A stretch of DNA of 24,000 bases from an uncultured Alphaproteobacteria bacterium (GTDB lineage Bacteria > Pseudomonadota > Alphaproteobacteria > Rhizobiales > Kaistiaceae), in contig CAVZHY010000006.1 in NCBI GenBank assembly GCA_963775235.1, positions 321,695-345,694 on the forward strand. Reading direction: 5' to 3'. The notes below the pieces were generated by a model. That model saw nothing but the letters and a program-made list of their open reading frames with translations, was not told the DNA's origin and did not search any database. How positions within the stretch are numbered: the stretch's first letter is position 1; each line of letters starts with the position of its first letter. A program made the position numbers and the translations under genes. Shown in pieces: positions 7,653-18,150 of the stretch.

Positions 7653-10600
7653 GTGAGTCGCACCACCCGTCCGGCCGGGTTTGTCCATCTGAGAGTCCAT
7701 TCGGCCTATTCGCTGCTGGAGGGCGCGCTGCCGGTCAAGCGGCTCGCCGCACTCGCCGCCGCCGACCAGATGCCGGCGCTCGGCATCGCCGACACCGGCA
7801 ATCTTTTCGGCGCGCTCGAGTTCGCTACCACGATTGCGGAGAAGGGCATCCAGCCGATCATCGGCTGCCAGGTGGCCCTCGATTGCGGCGATGGACCGGA
7901 AGCGGCGGCGCCGGGGGCCGCACCGCGCAAGGACCTCGCCGACGTCGTGCTGATGGCGGCCAGCGAGGCGGGGTACTGGAACCTGGTTCGGCTGGTGTCC
8001 GAATTGTTCATGGAAGCGGAAGCGGCGACGCGGCCGCACGTCATGATCGCGCGCCTGGCCGAACTTGCCGGCGGGCTGATCGCGCTTACAGGCGGTCCGG
8101 GCGGGCCGATCGACCGGGCGATCGTGGCGGGGCAGGGCGAGCGCGCCGGCGAGCGCCTCGACCGGTTGAGCGGCATCTTCGGCGACCGGCTCTACGTCGA
8201 GCTCCAGCGCCACGGCCTTGCGGCCGAAAAGGCGGCGGAGCCGGTGCTCATCGATCTTGCCTACAGGCGCGGCCTGCCGCTGGTGGCGACAAACGAGGCC
8301 TTCTTCGCCACCCGCGAAGACTACGAGGCCCACGACGCGCTGATCGCGCTGGCCGAAGGTTCGGTAATCGCCGACGACAACCGCAGGCGGCTTTCGCCCG
8401 AACACTATTTCAAGTCGCGCAACGAGATGGCCGCACTGTTCGCGGGCGTCCCTGAGGCGCCCGAGAACACGCTCGAGGTCGCCATGCGCTGCGCGTGGTG
8501 GCCGCGCGTCTGCAAGCCGATCCTGCCGCGCTTCGCGGAGAACAACGACGGCGACGCCGAAGCGGTTGAGGCCGAGATGCTGGCCGAGGCGGCGCGGGCC
8601 GGCCTGAAACAGCGGCTTACGGTGCACGGGCTCGCGCCGGGTCTCAGCGAGGAAGATTACAACAAGCGCCTGGAATACGAGCTTGGCGTCATCCGGGACA
8701 TGAAATATCCCGGCTATTTCCTGATCGTCGCCGACTTCATCCAGTGGGCCAAGCGGCAGGGCATCCCTGTCGGGCCGGGCCGCGGCTCCGGCGCGGGCTC
8801 GGTGGTTGCATGGTCGCTCACCATCACCGACCTCGATCCGCTGCGCTTCAACCTGATCTTCGAGCGCTTCCTCAATCCCGAACGCGTGTCGATGCCGGAC
8901 TTCGACGTCGACTTCTGCCAGAACCGGCGTGACGAGGTCATCCGCTACGTCGAGCAGAAGTACGGCGCCGACCACGTCGCCCAGATCATCACCTTCGGGA
9001 CCTTGCAGGCGCGCGCGGTGCTGCGCGATGTCGGCCGGGTGCTGCAGATGCCTTACGGGCAAGTCGATCGCCTCGCCAAGATGGTGCCGCAGAACCCCGC
9101 CAACCCGGTGAAGCTCGAACGCGCAATCGCCGACGATCCCCGCTTCGCCACGGAACGTGAGGCCGACGCCACGGTCGACCGCTTGCTGATCATCGCCCAG
9201 AAACTCGAGGGCCTCTATCGCCACGCATCGACCCATGCGGCGGGCATCGTCATCGGCAACCGTCCGCTCATCGAGCTGGTGCCGCTTTACCGCGATCCGC
9301 GTTCGGGCATGCGGGTCAGCCAGTTCAACATGAAGTGGGTGGAGCAGGCGGGCCTGGTGAAGTTCGACTTCCTCGGCCTGAGGACGCTGACGGTGCTCGA
9401 CAAGGCGGTGAAGCTCGTCCGCCAGCGCGGGATCGATGTCGATCTCTCCAGAATCCCGCTCGATGATTCAAAAAGTTATGAGCCGCTGGCGCGCGGCGAA
9501 ACGGTTGGCGTGTTCCAACTGGAGTCGGGCGGCATGCGGCGCGCGGTCATCGACATGCGGCCCGACCGTTTCGACGACCTGATCGCCCTGGTGGCCCTCT
9601 ATCGGCCGGGGCCGATGGCGAACATACCGACCTACTGCCTGCGCAAGCACGGACAGGAGCCGGTGGAATACCTGCACCCGCTGCTCGAACCGATCCTCAA
9701 GGATACGTTCGGCATCATCACGTACCAGGAGCAGGTGCAGCAGATCGCGCGGGACATGGCGGGCTATACGCTCGCCGAGGCCGATCTGCTGCGTCGCGCG
9801 ATGGGCAAGAAGATCAAGTCCGAGATGGACGCCCAGCGCGACCGCTTCCTGACGGGCGCCACCGACCGCGGCATCAACGGGAGCACGGCGAGTTCGATTT
9901 TCGACGCGTGCGCGAAGTTCGCCGAGTACGGCTTCAACAAGTCGCACTCGGCGCCGTATGCGCTGATCACCTATCAGACGGCCTACATGAAGGCCAACTT
10001 CCCCGTGGAGTTCATGGCCGCATCGCTGACGCTGGAGACCGGCAACACCGACAAGATCGCCGAGTTCCGTCGCGAGGCGCTGCGGCTCGGCATCCCGGTC
10101 GAGGCGCCATCGGTCAACCGGTCGGGCGTCGAGTTCGACGTAACGGAGGGGCGCATCCTCTATTCGCTGGCGGCGCTGAAGGGCGTCGGCGCGCAGGCGG
10201 TCGAGCACCTTGTGGAGGTGCGCGGCGAAGCGCCTTTCCGCGACGTCGCCGACTTCGCCCGGCGCATCAATCCCCGGATCATGAACAAGCGCGTGCTTGA
10301 AAGCCTGGTCGCCGCCGGCGCGCTGGACGAACTTGGGCCCGACCGCGCGCGGCTGACGGCCGGTGTCGATCGCATCATGGCCATGGCCGCGCGCGTCCAC
10401 GATACCGTCACGGTCGGGCAGGCAGATATGTTCGGCGCCATCGAAGAGCGCCAGCCGCTGTTGCTGCCGGTGGTGGAACCGTGGCTGGCGGCGGAAAAGC
10501 TCACACGCGAGTACGCGGCGGTCGGCTTCTACCTTTCGGCCCATCCACTCGACGAGTATGGCGCCGTGCTGCAGAAGATGCGGGTGCAAAGCTGGGCCGA

Positions 10601-11105
10601 ATTTTCCGAATCGGTTCGCAACGGCGGCACGGCCGGGCGGCTTGCCGGCACGGTGACCGGCCGGCAGGAGCGGCGCATCCGCTCCGGCAACCGCATGGGG
10701 ATCGTGCAGCTCTCCGACCCCACCGGCTCATACGAGGCGGTGCTCTTTTCCGAGGGACTATCGGAGTATCGCGAACTCCTGGAACCCGGCCGCTCGGTAG
10801 TGGTGCTGGTGGCCGCGGAGGAACGACCGGAAGGGATCAGCGTGCGGATCCAGTCGGTCGAGTCCCTCGATTCTGTGATGGCAGGATTGAAGCAAATCCG
10901 GGTGTTCGTGCGCGATGCCGGACCGCTTGCGAGCGTCGCCAAGCACCTCGGCGCGCGCGGCGAGGGCGAGGCGAGCCTCATCCTCTTGCTTGACGAAGGC
11001 CGCCGCGAGATCGAAATGCGCCTGCCCGGGCGCCATCCGGTGACGCCGCAGGTGGCCAGCGCGCTGAGGGCCGTCAAAGGGGTCGTGCAGGTCGACCTCG
11101 TGTGA
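7653..11105 (+). CDS. dnaE: DNA polymerase III subunit alpha (replicative DnaE)
   Basis: The ORF 7509-11105 was trimmed to the GTG at 7653, which follows GGGAGAGAGCGG. The protein begins VSRTTRPAGFVHLRVHSAYSLLEGA (PHP domain). It has GYFLIVADFI, PGRGSGAGS and PDFDVDF motifs and an OB-fold tail. Length is about 1150 aa. Confidence 0.95.
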   Translation: MSRTTRPAGFVHLRVHSAYSLLEGALPVKRLAALAAADQMPALGIADTGNLFGALEFATTIAEKGIQPIIGCQVALDCGDGPEAAAPGAAPRKDLADVVLMAASEAGYWNLVRLVSELFMEAEAATRPHVMIARLAELAGGLIALTGGPGGPIDRAIVAGQGERAGERLDRLSGIFGDRLYVELQRHGLAAEKAAEPVLIDLAYRRGLPLVATNEAFFATREDYEAHDALIALAEGSVIADDNRRRLSPEHYFKSRNEMAALFAGVPEAPENTLEVAMRCAWWPRVCKPILPRFAENNDGDAEAVEAEMLAEAARAGLKQRLTVHGLAPGLSEEDYNKRLEYELGVIRDMKYPGYFLIVADFIQWAKRQGIPVGPGRGSGAGSVVAWSLTITDLDPLRFNLIFERFLNPERVSMPDFDVDFCQNRRDEVIRYVEQKYGADHVAQIITFGTLQARAVLRDVGRVLQMPYGQVDRLAKMVPQNPANPVKLERAIADDPRFATEREADATVDRLLIIAQKLEGLYRHASTHAAGIVIGNRPLIELVPLYRDPRSGMRVSQFNMKWVEQAGLVKFDFLGLRTLTVLDKAVKLVRQRGIDVDLSRIPLDDSKSYEPLARGETVGVFQLESGGMRRAVIDMRPDRFDDLIALVALYRPGPMANIPTYCLRKHGQEPVEYLHPLLEPILKDTFGIITYQEQVQQIARDMAGYTLAEADLLRRAMGKKIKSEMDAQRDRFLTGATDRGINGSTASSIFDACAKFAEYGFNKSHSAPYALITYQTAYMKANFPVEFMAASLTLETGNTDKIAEFRREALRLGIPVEAPSVNRSGVEFDVTEGRILYSLAALKGVGAQAVEHLVEVRGEAPFRDVADFARRINPRIMNKRVLESLVAAGALDELGPDRARLTAGVDRIMAMAARVHDTVTVGQADMFGAIEERQPLLLPVVEPWLAAEKLTREYAAVGFYLSAHPLDEYGAVLQKMRVQSWAEFSESVRNGGTAGRLAGTVTGRQERRIRSGNRMGIVQLSDPTGSYEAVLFSEGLSEYRELLEPGRSVVVLVAAEERPEGISVRIQSVESLDSVMAGLKQIRVFVRDAGPLASVAKHLGARGEGEASLILLLDEGRREIEMRLPGRHPVTPQVASALRAVKGVVQVDLV

Positions 11106-11111
11106 GCGGGC

Positions 11112-11138
11112 ATGCGACGAGGGTCGTGCGTGTTTTCG
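11112..11138 (+). terminator. weak candidate intrinsic terminator after dnaE
   Basis: CATGCGAC-GAGG-GTCGTGCG is followed by TGTTTTC. The stem has about 6-7 pairs including two G-U pairs and a mismatch, and only four Ts follow. Confidence 0.3.
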
Positions 11139-11492
11139 GCCCTTCGTCAACGGAGTGCACAGCGCTTGCCTTTCCCCGGTGCGGCACACGGTGGTGCACC
11201 CAGACCCGGGGCCCAATCGACCCGTCACAATGAGCCCCGGTTCAGCAGCGCACCACTTCCGTGCTGCGCTGCGCCCGAGACACTTGGCTGCTCAAACGCC
11301 CCAGGTCAGGAGGTCGGCTGTTCGGCTTTGCGCAATTTCGAGTGGCATGCGCGGCCGACACTGGTCGGCCGATCCGAAGGCGCCTAATTTTCGCCAACTC
11401 ATCGCGATTGCGGAGAAGCGTGGCATCGCGCATCGTACGGCGCCGAGCCAGGGGCCGGCGGTGACCGCCCAAGAACCTCAGGAGACGTTCGC

Positions 11493-12773
11493 ATGTTCAT
11501 CTCTTTCTTCCCGCGCCCCAGGCTGTTTTTCATCTCCGCCATGGTGTGGACGGCGATCGTCGTCGCTGTCTGGTACCTGTTCGGCGCCGACATGGCCGGT
11601 GCGTTCGGCGTTCCGATGTCGCCTGAGGGCGTGGAACCCGTAATCGGCGTGCAGGTCTTCTGGACCCCGGAATTTCTGCTCTTCTATGCGTATTTCGGCG
11701 TCGCGGTCGCCCTGTTCGCGGTCTTCTGGCATTTCTATGCCCCCCACCCCTGGGAAAACTGGTCGATCCTCGGCTCGGCGCTGATCATGTTCACGACCTA
11801 CTTCCAGGTCCAGGTGAGCGTCGCGGTCAATGCATGGTACGGACCGTTCTACGACATGATCCAAGCGGCGCTGGGCAAGACCCGCGTCGTGACGACCGGA
11901 GAATTCGTCGGTCTGCTCCTGACCTTTGCCGGAATCGCCTTCGTTGCGGTGGTGGTTGGCGTTCTCACCCGCTTCTTCGTCAGCCACTACATCTTCCGCT
12001 GGCGCACGGCGATGAACAACTTCTACATGGAGAACTGGCAGCGGCTGAGGACCATCGAGGGCGCTTCGCAGCGCGTCCAGGAAGACACGATGCGGTTTTC
12101 GTCGACGCTGGAAATATTGGGCGTCAGCCTCGTTGATTCGGTCATGACGTTGTTTGCCTTCCTGCCGGTGCTCGTGCACCTTTCGCAAAACGTCGCCGGT
12201 CTGCCGCTGATCGGCCAGGTGCCCAATGCCCTGGTTTGGGTGGCGATCGTCTGGTCCCTGTTCGGGACGGGATTCCTGGCGCTGCTCGGCATACGCCTGC
12301 CGGGACTGGAATTCCGGAACCAGCGGGTGGAGGCGGCGTACCGCAAGGAACTGGTCTACGGCGAGGACGACGCGGCCCGGGCGCAGCCGCCGACGGTGGC
12401 CGAACTGTTCAGCGATGTGCGCCGCAACTATTTCCGCATCTATTTCAACTACATGTATTTCAATGTCGGCCGCATCGTGTACCTGCAAACCGACACCATC
12501 ATCCCGTACGTTGTGTTGATGCCATCGATCCTGGCCGCCACGATCACACTCGGCATCATGAACCAGATCCTCAACGCCTTCGACCAGGTGCGCGGCTCCT
12601 TCCAGTACCTTGTCAATTCATGGACGACGATCATCGACCTGATCTCCATCCAGAAGCGGCTGAAGGCGTTCGAGTCGACGCTGTACCACCACCCGCTCAA
12701 CCCGATCGAGAAAGAGGTAGAATCCGCGGCGCAGGCGACGCTGCGGACCAGGGAGGTCGCTTCCGGCGGCTAG
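11493..12773 (+). CDS. bacA: SbmA/BacA family peptide transporter (inner membrane)
   Basis: 426 aa, colinear from memory with E. coli SbmA and Sinorhizobium BacA. Shared motifs are MFxSFFPxP at the N-terminus, [51 protein letters not shown] and [11 protein letters not shown]. An AGGAG Shine-Dalgarno sequence lies 7 nt upstream. Confidence 0.9.
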   Translation: MFISFFPRPRLFFISAMVWTAIVVAVWYLFGADMAGAFGVPMSPEGVEPVIGVQVFWTPEFLLFYAYFGVAVALFAVFWHFYAPHPWENWSILGSALIMFTTYFQVQVSVAVNAWYGPFYDMIQAALGKTRVVTTGEFVGLLLTFAGIAFVAVVVGVLTRFFVSHYIFRWRTAMNNFYMENWQRLRTIEGASQRVQEDTMRFSSTLEILGVSLVDSVMTLFAFLPVLVHLSQNVAGLPLIGQVPNALVWVAIVWSLFGTGFLALLGIRLPGLEFRNQRVEAAYRKELVYGEDDAARAQPPTVAELFSDVRRNYFRIYFNYMYFNVGRIVYLQTDTIIPYVVLMPSILAATITLGIMNQILNAFDQVRGSFQYLVNSWTTIIDLISIQKRLKAFESTLYHHPLNPIEKEVESAAQATLRTREVASGG

Positions 12774-12873
12774 TTCGACTTTTTGCGAAGCCGATCTCCG
12801 GATTGGGCCTCAAGGGAGGTTGGCCATCGGGCGAACCCACGGTCGGGAACCCGGACAGGCCGGCTTTGGTGCC

Positions 12874-12902
12874 TTGCGTTCCGGCAGATGTCCCCATATA
12901 AG
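12874..12902 (+). promoter_or_regulatory. possible promoter for rpsB-tsf (TTGCGT-N17-TATAAG)
   Basis: TTGCGT is at 12874-12879 and TATAAG at 12897-12902, separated by a 17-nt spacer, about 130 nt upstream of rpsB. This is a pattern match only. Confidence 0.25.
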
Positions 12903-13031
12903 CCCCGTCATCTCACACGCGGGGCCGGGCTCGCGGGCCAGATTGGCCTGCGATCCCACCGGTGCCCGAAAGGGCTTGTGGCTTGGCCACGTCCCCCGCG
13001 GCGGCAGAACCGGTGAAGGAGACAGGTAGTC

Positions 13032-14129
13032 ATGGCACTGCCCGATTTTACCATGCGCCAGCTGCTGGAGGCCGGCGTCCATTTCGGCCACCAGAAGCAC
13101 CGCTGGAACCCGAAAATGACGCCGTATCTCTACGGCGTGCGCAATAACATCCACATCATCGACCTCGCCCAGACGGTTCCGATGCTTTATCGGGCGCTGC
13201 AGGTGGTGAGCGATACGGTCGCCGGCGGCGGCCGCATCCTTTTCGTCGGCACCAAACGCCAGGCGGCCGAGCCGCTGACGGCGGCGGCGAAGCGGTCGGC
13301 CCAGTATTACGTCAACGCCCGCTGGCTCGGCGGCATGCTGACCAACTGGAAGACGATCTCGCGATCGATCCAGCGACTGCGCGAGCTGGAGCAACTGCTT
13401 GTCGGCGAAGCGCAGGGCCTGACCAAGAAAGAACGGCTGACGCTGACGCGCGAGCGGGACAAGCTGGAGAAGGCTCTCGGCGGCATCAAGGACATGGGCG
13501 GGGTCCCCGACCTCCTGTTCGTCATCGACACCAACAAGGAGGCGATCGCCATCCAGGAGGCCAACCGGCTCAACATCCCGGTCGCGGCGATCGTCGATTC
13601 CAATTGCGACCCTGACCACATCACATTCCCGATCCCCGGCAACGATGACGCCGGCCGGGCGATCACGCTCTACTGCGACCTGATCGCCAAGGCGGCAATC
13701 GACGGCATCTCGCGCGGCCAGGGCGCGGCCGGCATCGACATCGGCGCGCAGGAAGAGGTGCAGGAACCGGCGATCCTCGAGGCGGCGCCTTCGGTCGCGG
13801 CCGACTCCGTCGGCGAGGAGGTCAGCATGGAGGCGGCCGAGGCGCTGGAGCCGCAGGCGCGGCGCGCTGGTGGCGCTGCATCGGTGGCGGAGCCGGTCGA
13901 GCCGCTGTTCGCCACACCGATGGGATCGGCCGACGACCTCAAGAAGATCACCGGTGTCGGCCCAGTGCTGGAAAAGAAGCTCAATGCGCTCGGCATCACC
14001 CGGTTCGACCAGATCGCCGAGCTCAGCGATGAAGACATCGCCAGGATCGACATGGCCCTCAACTTCAGGGGTCGCATCAGCCGCGACGACTGGATCGGCC
14101 AGGCGCGCAGCCTGACGGTCGGCGCCTGA
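13032..14129 (+). CDS. rpsB: 30S ribosomal protein S2 with a long C-terminal extension (365 aa)
   Basis: An AAGGAG Shine-Dalgarno sequence precedes the start. The N-terminus [29 protein letters not shown] and the S2 core reach to about residue 255 (...[17 protein letters not shown]). An acidic, Ala-rich linker and a [22 protein letters not shown] module follow. Confidence 0.93.
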   Translation: MALPDFTMRQLLEAGVHFGHQKHRWNPKMTPYLYGVRNNIHIIDLAQTVPMLYRALQVVSDTVAGGGRILFVGTKRQAAEPLTAAAKRSAQYYVNARWLGGMLTNWKTISRSIQRLRELEQLLVGEAQGLTKKERLTLTRERDKLEKALGGIKDMGGVPDLLFVIDTNKEAIAIQEANRLNIPVAAIVDSNCDPDHITFPIPGNDDAGRAITLYCDLIAKAAIDGISRGQGAAGIDIGAQEEVQEPAILEAAPSVAADSVGEEVSMEAAEALEPQARRAGGAASVAEPVEPLFATPMGSADDLKKITGVGPVLEKKLNALGITRFDQIAELSDEDIARIDMALNFRGRISRDDWIGQARSLTVGA

Positions 14130-14171
14130 GGGCGCCGCCGCGAGCCACACTTCACCGAAGGGATTAGGGCA

Positions 14172-15104
14172 ATGACCGTTTCCGCCGCCATGGTCAAGGA
14201 GCTGCGCGACAAGACCGGCGCCGGCATGATGGACTGCAAGTCGGCGCTGACGGAGACCTCCGGCGACATCGAGGCCGCGGTCGACTGGCTGCGGACGAAG
14301 GGTCTCGCCAAGGCGGCGAAAAAGGCCGGCCGCGTCGCCGCGGAGGGCCTCATTGCCATCGCCGGCGGCGGCACGCGCGCCGTCATGGTCGAGGTCAACT
14401 CGGAGACCGACTTCGTCGCCCGCAATCTCGACTTCCAGACGCTGGTGCGCGGGGTCGCGGAGGCGGCGCTGGGCACCGACGGGTCGCTGGAGGCGGTGCT
14501 TGCCGCTCGGATGCCGGGCGGCGCCGGCGACGTCGACAGCGCGATCAAATCGGCGATCGCCACCATCGGCGAGAACATCACGCTCCGCCGCGTGGCGATG
14601 GTCTCCGTCGGCAGCGGCGTCGTCGGCACCTATGTCCACGGCGCGGTGGCGCCAGGGCTCGGCAAGATTGGCGTGCTGGTCGGCCTGGAATCGACCGGTG
14701 CCGCGGGCAAGCTGGAGCAGATCGGCAAGCAGGTGGCGATGCACATCGCCGCGGCGAGCCCGCTTGCCGTGCGCCAGGACGAGCTCGACCAGGCGGTGGT
14801 GGAGCGCGAGCGGGCTATCTACGCCGAACAGGCGCGGGAATCCGGCAAGCCGGAAGGCGTCATCGACAAGATGGTCGAGGGTCGGCTGCGCAAGTTCTAC
14901 GAGGAGGCGGTGCTGTTGGCGCAGGCCTTTGTCGTCGACACCGAGAAGACGGTGGAGAAGGCGGTGCAGGCAGCGGCGACCGAGGCCGGGGCTGATATCA
15001 GTGTGACCGCGTTCGCGTGCTTCCGGCTGGGCGAGGGCATCGAGAAGCCGGAGACGGACTTCGCAGCCGAGGTAGCGGCCGCGGCGGGCACCGACCAAAA
15101 GTGA
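14172..15104 (+). CDS. tsf: translation elongation factor Ts
   Basis: 310 aa. It has the N-terminal UBA-like motif [19 protein letters not shown]. It follows rpsB directly, as in the conserved rpsB-tsf operon. Confidence 0.95.
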   Translation: MTVSAAMVKELRDKTGAGMMDCKSALTETSGDIEAAVDWLRTKGLAKAAKKAGRVAAEGLIAIAGGGTRAVMVEVNSETDFVARNLDFQTLVRGVAEAALGTDGSLEAVLAARMPGGAGDVDSAIKSAIATIGENITLRRVAMVSVGSGVVGTYVHGAVAPGLGKIGVLVGLESTGAAGKLEQIGKQVAMHIAAASPLAVRQDELDQAVVERERAIYAEQARESGKPEGVIDKMVEGRLRKFYEEAVLLAQAFVVDTEKTVEKAVQAAATEAGADISVTAFACFRLGEGIEKPETDFAAEVAAAAGTDQK

Positions 15105-15158
15105 CAGGCCGGAGGTCATCGTGTATCCGGATGGCCGATTTCCACTGATCGAGTTGGG

Positions 15159-15884
15159 ATGATGGAGCCGACGCGCCGCTTCCAGAGGGTGGTCCTCAAG
15201 CTTTCCGGCGAGGCGCTCCTCGGCGATCAGGCGTTCGGCATCGACACCAAGATGGTCGAGCGGATCGCCGGCGAGATCGGCGAGGCGGTCGCGCTCGGCG
15301 TCAAGGTCGCGGTGGTTCCGGGCGGCGGCAACATCTTCCGCGGCATGGCGATCGCCCAGGCCGGCGGCAGCCGGGTCGCCGGCGATCACATGGGCATGCT
15401 CGCGACCGTGATGAACGCGATCGCGCTGCACGAGGGGCTGGAATCCAGAGGCATCGAAGCGCGGGTGTTCTCGGCGGTGCCGATGCCGACGATCTGCGAG
15501 ACGTTCACCTACCAGCGCGCCGAGCAGGCATTCGAGCAGGGGCGTGTGCTGCTGCTCGCCGGGGGCACGGGAAACCCGTTCTTCACCACCGATTCCGGGG
15601 CGGCGCTCCGGGCCGCCGAGCTCGGCTGCGACGCACTGTTCAAGGGCACCCAGGTCGATGGCGTCTACTCCGCCGATCCCAAGCGCGACAAAAACGCCCG
15701 GCGTTTCGAGCGGTTAAGCCACGCGGACGTGCTGGCCAAGGGTCTCCAGGTGATGGATGCCGCCGCAGTCGCGCTTGCCCGCGATAACCGTATTCCGGTA
15801 ATCGTCTTTTCGATCCTGCAAGCTGGCGCTTTCGTTGATATTCTGAAGGGGCAGGGCCGGGCAACGGTAGTCGCCGACGCCTGA
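15159..15884 (+). CDS. pyrH: UMP kinase
   Basis: 241 aa, with tandem ATG codons at 15159 and 15162. It has [19 protein letters not shown] and [11 protein letters not shown]-like motifs. It follows tsf in the conserved order. Confidence 0.93.
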   Translation: MMEPTRRFQRVVLKLSGEALLGDQAFGIDTKMVERIAGEIGEAVALGVKVAVVPGGGNIFRGMAIAQAGGSRVAGDHMGMLATVMNAIALHEGLESRGIEARVFSAVPMPTICETFTYQRAEQAFEQGRVLLLAGGTGNPFFTTDSGAALRAAELGCDALFKGTQVDGVYSADPKRDKNARRFERLSHADVLAKGLQVMDAAAVALARDNRIPVIVFSILQAGAFVDILKGQGRATVVADA

Positions 15885-15984
15885 TCGGCGCAGGCATTTC
15901 GCAGGATGGCGATTCCGGTGCCCGCGACGCGGCGGCGCCAGACTCACTTCGGCCGCGATCGCGGAGCAACTATTAGAGGAGCCG

Positions 15985-16533
15985 ATGGAAATCTCTGACC
16001 TAACGCCCCGGATGCGCGGAGCGATCTCGGTTCTCAAGAACGAACTGTCGGGGCTGAGGACGGGGCGTGCCTCCATCAGCCTGCTTGAGCCCATTCACGT
16101 GGATGCCTATGGCTCGGCCATGCCGATAAACCAGTTGGCGACCGTCAGCGTTCCGGAGCCGCGCATGCTGTCGGTCCAGGTCTGGGACAAGGCCAATGTG
16201 CAGGCGGTCGACAGAGCGATCCGCGAAGCCAATCTTGGCCTCAACCCGATCGTTGAGGGTACGCTGTTGCGTGTCCCGATCCCGGATCTCACCGCGGAGC
16301 GACGCCAGGAACTGGTCAAGGTTGCGCACAAGTACGCGGAGCAGGCGCGGATAGCGGTCCGGCACGTGCGGCGGGACGGCATGGACCAACTGAAAAAGGA
16401 AGAGAAGGACGGTCAGATGGGCCAGGACCAGCAGCGTCATCTCGCCGACGAGATCCAGCAGATGACCGACGAAACGATCGCCGAGATAGACCGAATGCTG
16501 TCGGACAAGGAATCCGAGATTACCCAGGTCTGA
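15985..16533 (+). CDS. frr: ribosome recycling factor
   Basis: 182 aa. It has [35 protein letters not shown] and NLGLNP motifs. An AGAGGAG Shine-Dalgarno sequence precedes the ATG. Confidence 0.93.
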   Translation: MEISDLTPRMRGAISVLKNELSGLRTGRASISLLEPIHVDAYGSAMPINQLATVSVPEPRMLSVQVWDKANVQAVDRAIREANLGLNPIVEGTLLRVPIPDLTAERRQELVKVAHKYAEQARIAVRHVRRDGMDQLKKEEKDGQMGQDQQRHLADEIQQMTDETIAEIDRMLSDKESEITQV

Positions 16534-16555
16534 CGCGGCAGAGCCGAGCGAACCG

Positions 16556-17317
16556 ATGACCATCCTTGCCAATCCAGGCGCGATGGCGGTGACGCGGGGG
16601 GGCGGCGACGCCCCCGGTCACGTGGCCATTATCATGGATGGCAACGGCCGCTGGGCGGCCGAGCGGGGCCTGCCGCGCGGCGAGGGGCATCGCCGCGGCG
16701 TGGAGTCGGTTCGCCAAACGGTCCGTGCCGCGTACGAACTCGGCATCCGGCATCTGACGCTGTTCAGCTTCTCGTCGGAGAACTGGTCGCGGCCGCAGTC
16801 GGAAGTGGACTTCCTGTTCGGCCTCTTTCGTCGCTACGTGCGGCGTGACGTCACCGAGCTGCACGCCCAGGGCGTGCGCATAACCGTGATCGGCAAACGC
16901 GAGGGACTTCCGGCCGACATCCTCGGCATGATCGAGGAAAGCGAGGCCTTGACCAAGGCGAACAACAACCTGGAACTCATTCTGGCGTTCAATTACGGCG
17001 GCCGCGACGAGATCGCGCGTGCCGCGCGCGCCATGGGACGCGCAATCCGGGGCGGCGTGCTCGATCCCGAAACGATCGACGAGAAGACTTTCGCCTCCTA
17101 CCTCGATACGGCGGGATTTCCCGATCCCGATCTGCTGATCCGCACGAGCGGCGAATTCCGGTTGAGCAATTTCCTGCTGTGGCAATGCGCCTACGCCGAG
17201 TTGGTGTTCCTCCCGGTGTACTGGCCCGATTTCGGCAAAGAAGACCTCCGTGGCGCCGTCGCGGAATTCGCGCGGCGGTCGCGACGCTACGGCGGGCTCG
17301 CCGGGCGCGGCGCATGA
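16556..17317 (+). CDS. uppS: isoprenyl transferase / undecaprenyl diphosphate synthase
   Basis: 253 aa. It has [22 protein letters not shown] and [16 protein letters not shown] motifs. Confidence 0.93.
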   Translation: MTILANPGAMAVTRGGGDAPGHVAIIMDGNGRWAAERGLPRGEGHRRGVESVRQTVRAAYELGIRHLTLFSFSSENWSRPQSEVDFLFGLFRRYVRRDVTELHAQGVRITVIGKREGLPADILGMIEESEALTKANNNLELILAFNYGGRDEIARAARAMGRAIRGGVLDPETIDEKTFASYLDTAGFPDPDLLIRTSGEFRLSNFLLWQCAYAELVFLPVYWPDFGKEDLRGAVAEFARRSRRYGGLAGRGA

Positions 17318-18150
17318 ACGCCGGCCGTGCGGCCGGCGGCGGCGAAATGCCCGTGCTTGGGGCCGATCTCGGTTTGCGGCTCGGTTCGGCCGCGACAGTC
17401 GGCGTACTGGCGCTGGCCGGTGCGTGGTTCGGTGGCTGGATCGCGGCGCTCGCCGTTGTCGCGGCGATGGTGATCGTTCACCTCGAATGGATCGGACTGA
17501 CGGAAGGGAAGACCAGACCGGTTGTTGCGTTCACTGTCTTGCTCGCCCTCGGCCTGATGGCAGCGGCTGCAGGGGCACGATTGGCGGGCCTCGGGCTGAG
17601 CGCGGTCGCCGTCGCGGCCGCCGCCGTTACTGGCGGCGGGTGGCGGGCGCTTGGCGTCGTCTACGCGGCGGTCCTCGGCTTTGGCCTGGTTGCCCTGCGG
17701 CTGGCTCCGGACGAGGGCTTCGCGGCAATTGTCGTGCTCTTTGCGGCGGTATGGGGGACCGACACAGGCGCGTTTTTCGCCGGCCGCCTGATCGGCGGTC
17801 CGAAATTGTGGCCGCAGATATCGCCGAACAAGACCTGGGCAGGCGCGGTCGGCGGTCTTGCGGTCGGCGTGGCGGCGGGCACGCTCGTCGCGGCCGCCCT
17901 CGGCCTTCGGGTGAGTGCGATCCTCGTGCTGGTGATCGTCGTCCTGTCGGTTGCCTCACAGGCGGGCGATCTTTTCGAATCGGCGGTGAAACGCCGGTTC
18001 GGGGCAAAGGATTCGGGCACCCTTATTCCCGGCCACGGCGGGCTTATGGACCGGGTTGACGGGCTGACGTTTGCTGCCGGTGTCGGGGTCGTAATCGGCG
18101 CGCTCCACGGCGGGGCGGGCAATCTGGCGGCAGGGCTCGTGCAATGGTGA
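17314..18150 (+). CDS. cdsA: phosphatidate cytidylyltransferase
   Basis: The ORF 17179-18150 was trimmed to the ATG at 17314, which forms an ATGA overlap with the uppS stop. It is a polytopic membrane protein with the CdsA signature [28 protein letters not shown]. Confidence 0.88.
   Translation: MNAGRAAGGGEMPVLGADLGLRLGSAATVGVLALAGAWFGGWIAALAVVAAMVIVHLEWIGLTEGKTRPVVAFTVLLALGLMAAAAGARLAGLGLSAVAVAAAAVTGGGWRALGVVYAAVLGFGLVALRLAPDEGFAAIVVLFAAVWGTDTGAFFAGRLIGGPKLWPQISPNKTWAGAVGGLAVGVAAGTLVAAALGLRVSAILVLVIVVLSVASQAGDLFESAVKRRFGAKDSGTLIPGHGGLMDRVDGLTFAAGVGVVIGALHGGAGNLAAGLVQW

Noticed and set aside
11106-11492. The long dnaE-bacA spacer, examined as a possible riboswitch, tRNA or second LexA site.
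   Set aside because: I found no GAAC-N7-GAAC or GTTC-N7-GTTC, no tRNA-like T-arm (GGTTCGAATCC type) and no riboswitch core I recognise. Only generic GC-rich hairpins are present. The ORFs listed there (11112-11387, 11155-11643, 11242-11472) are Arg/Ala-rich and overlap the bacA start out of frame.
12810-15431. Very long minus-strand ORFs. The main one is 873 aa at 12810-15431. Others lie at 7497-9236, 17661-19580, 20912-22306, 3791-4909, 9468-10589, 22585-23658 and 661-1335.
   Set aside because: Each lies antisense to a confidently identified, motif-bearing plus-strand gene (rpsB/tsf/pyrH, dnaE, cdsA/dxr, bamA, proS). Their translations are Arg/Ala/Gly/Pro-rich and low in complexity, with no recognisable motifs. 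This is the usual stop-codon-poor antisense shadow seen in GC-rich DNA.
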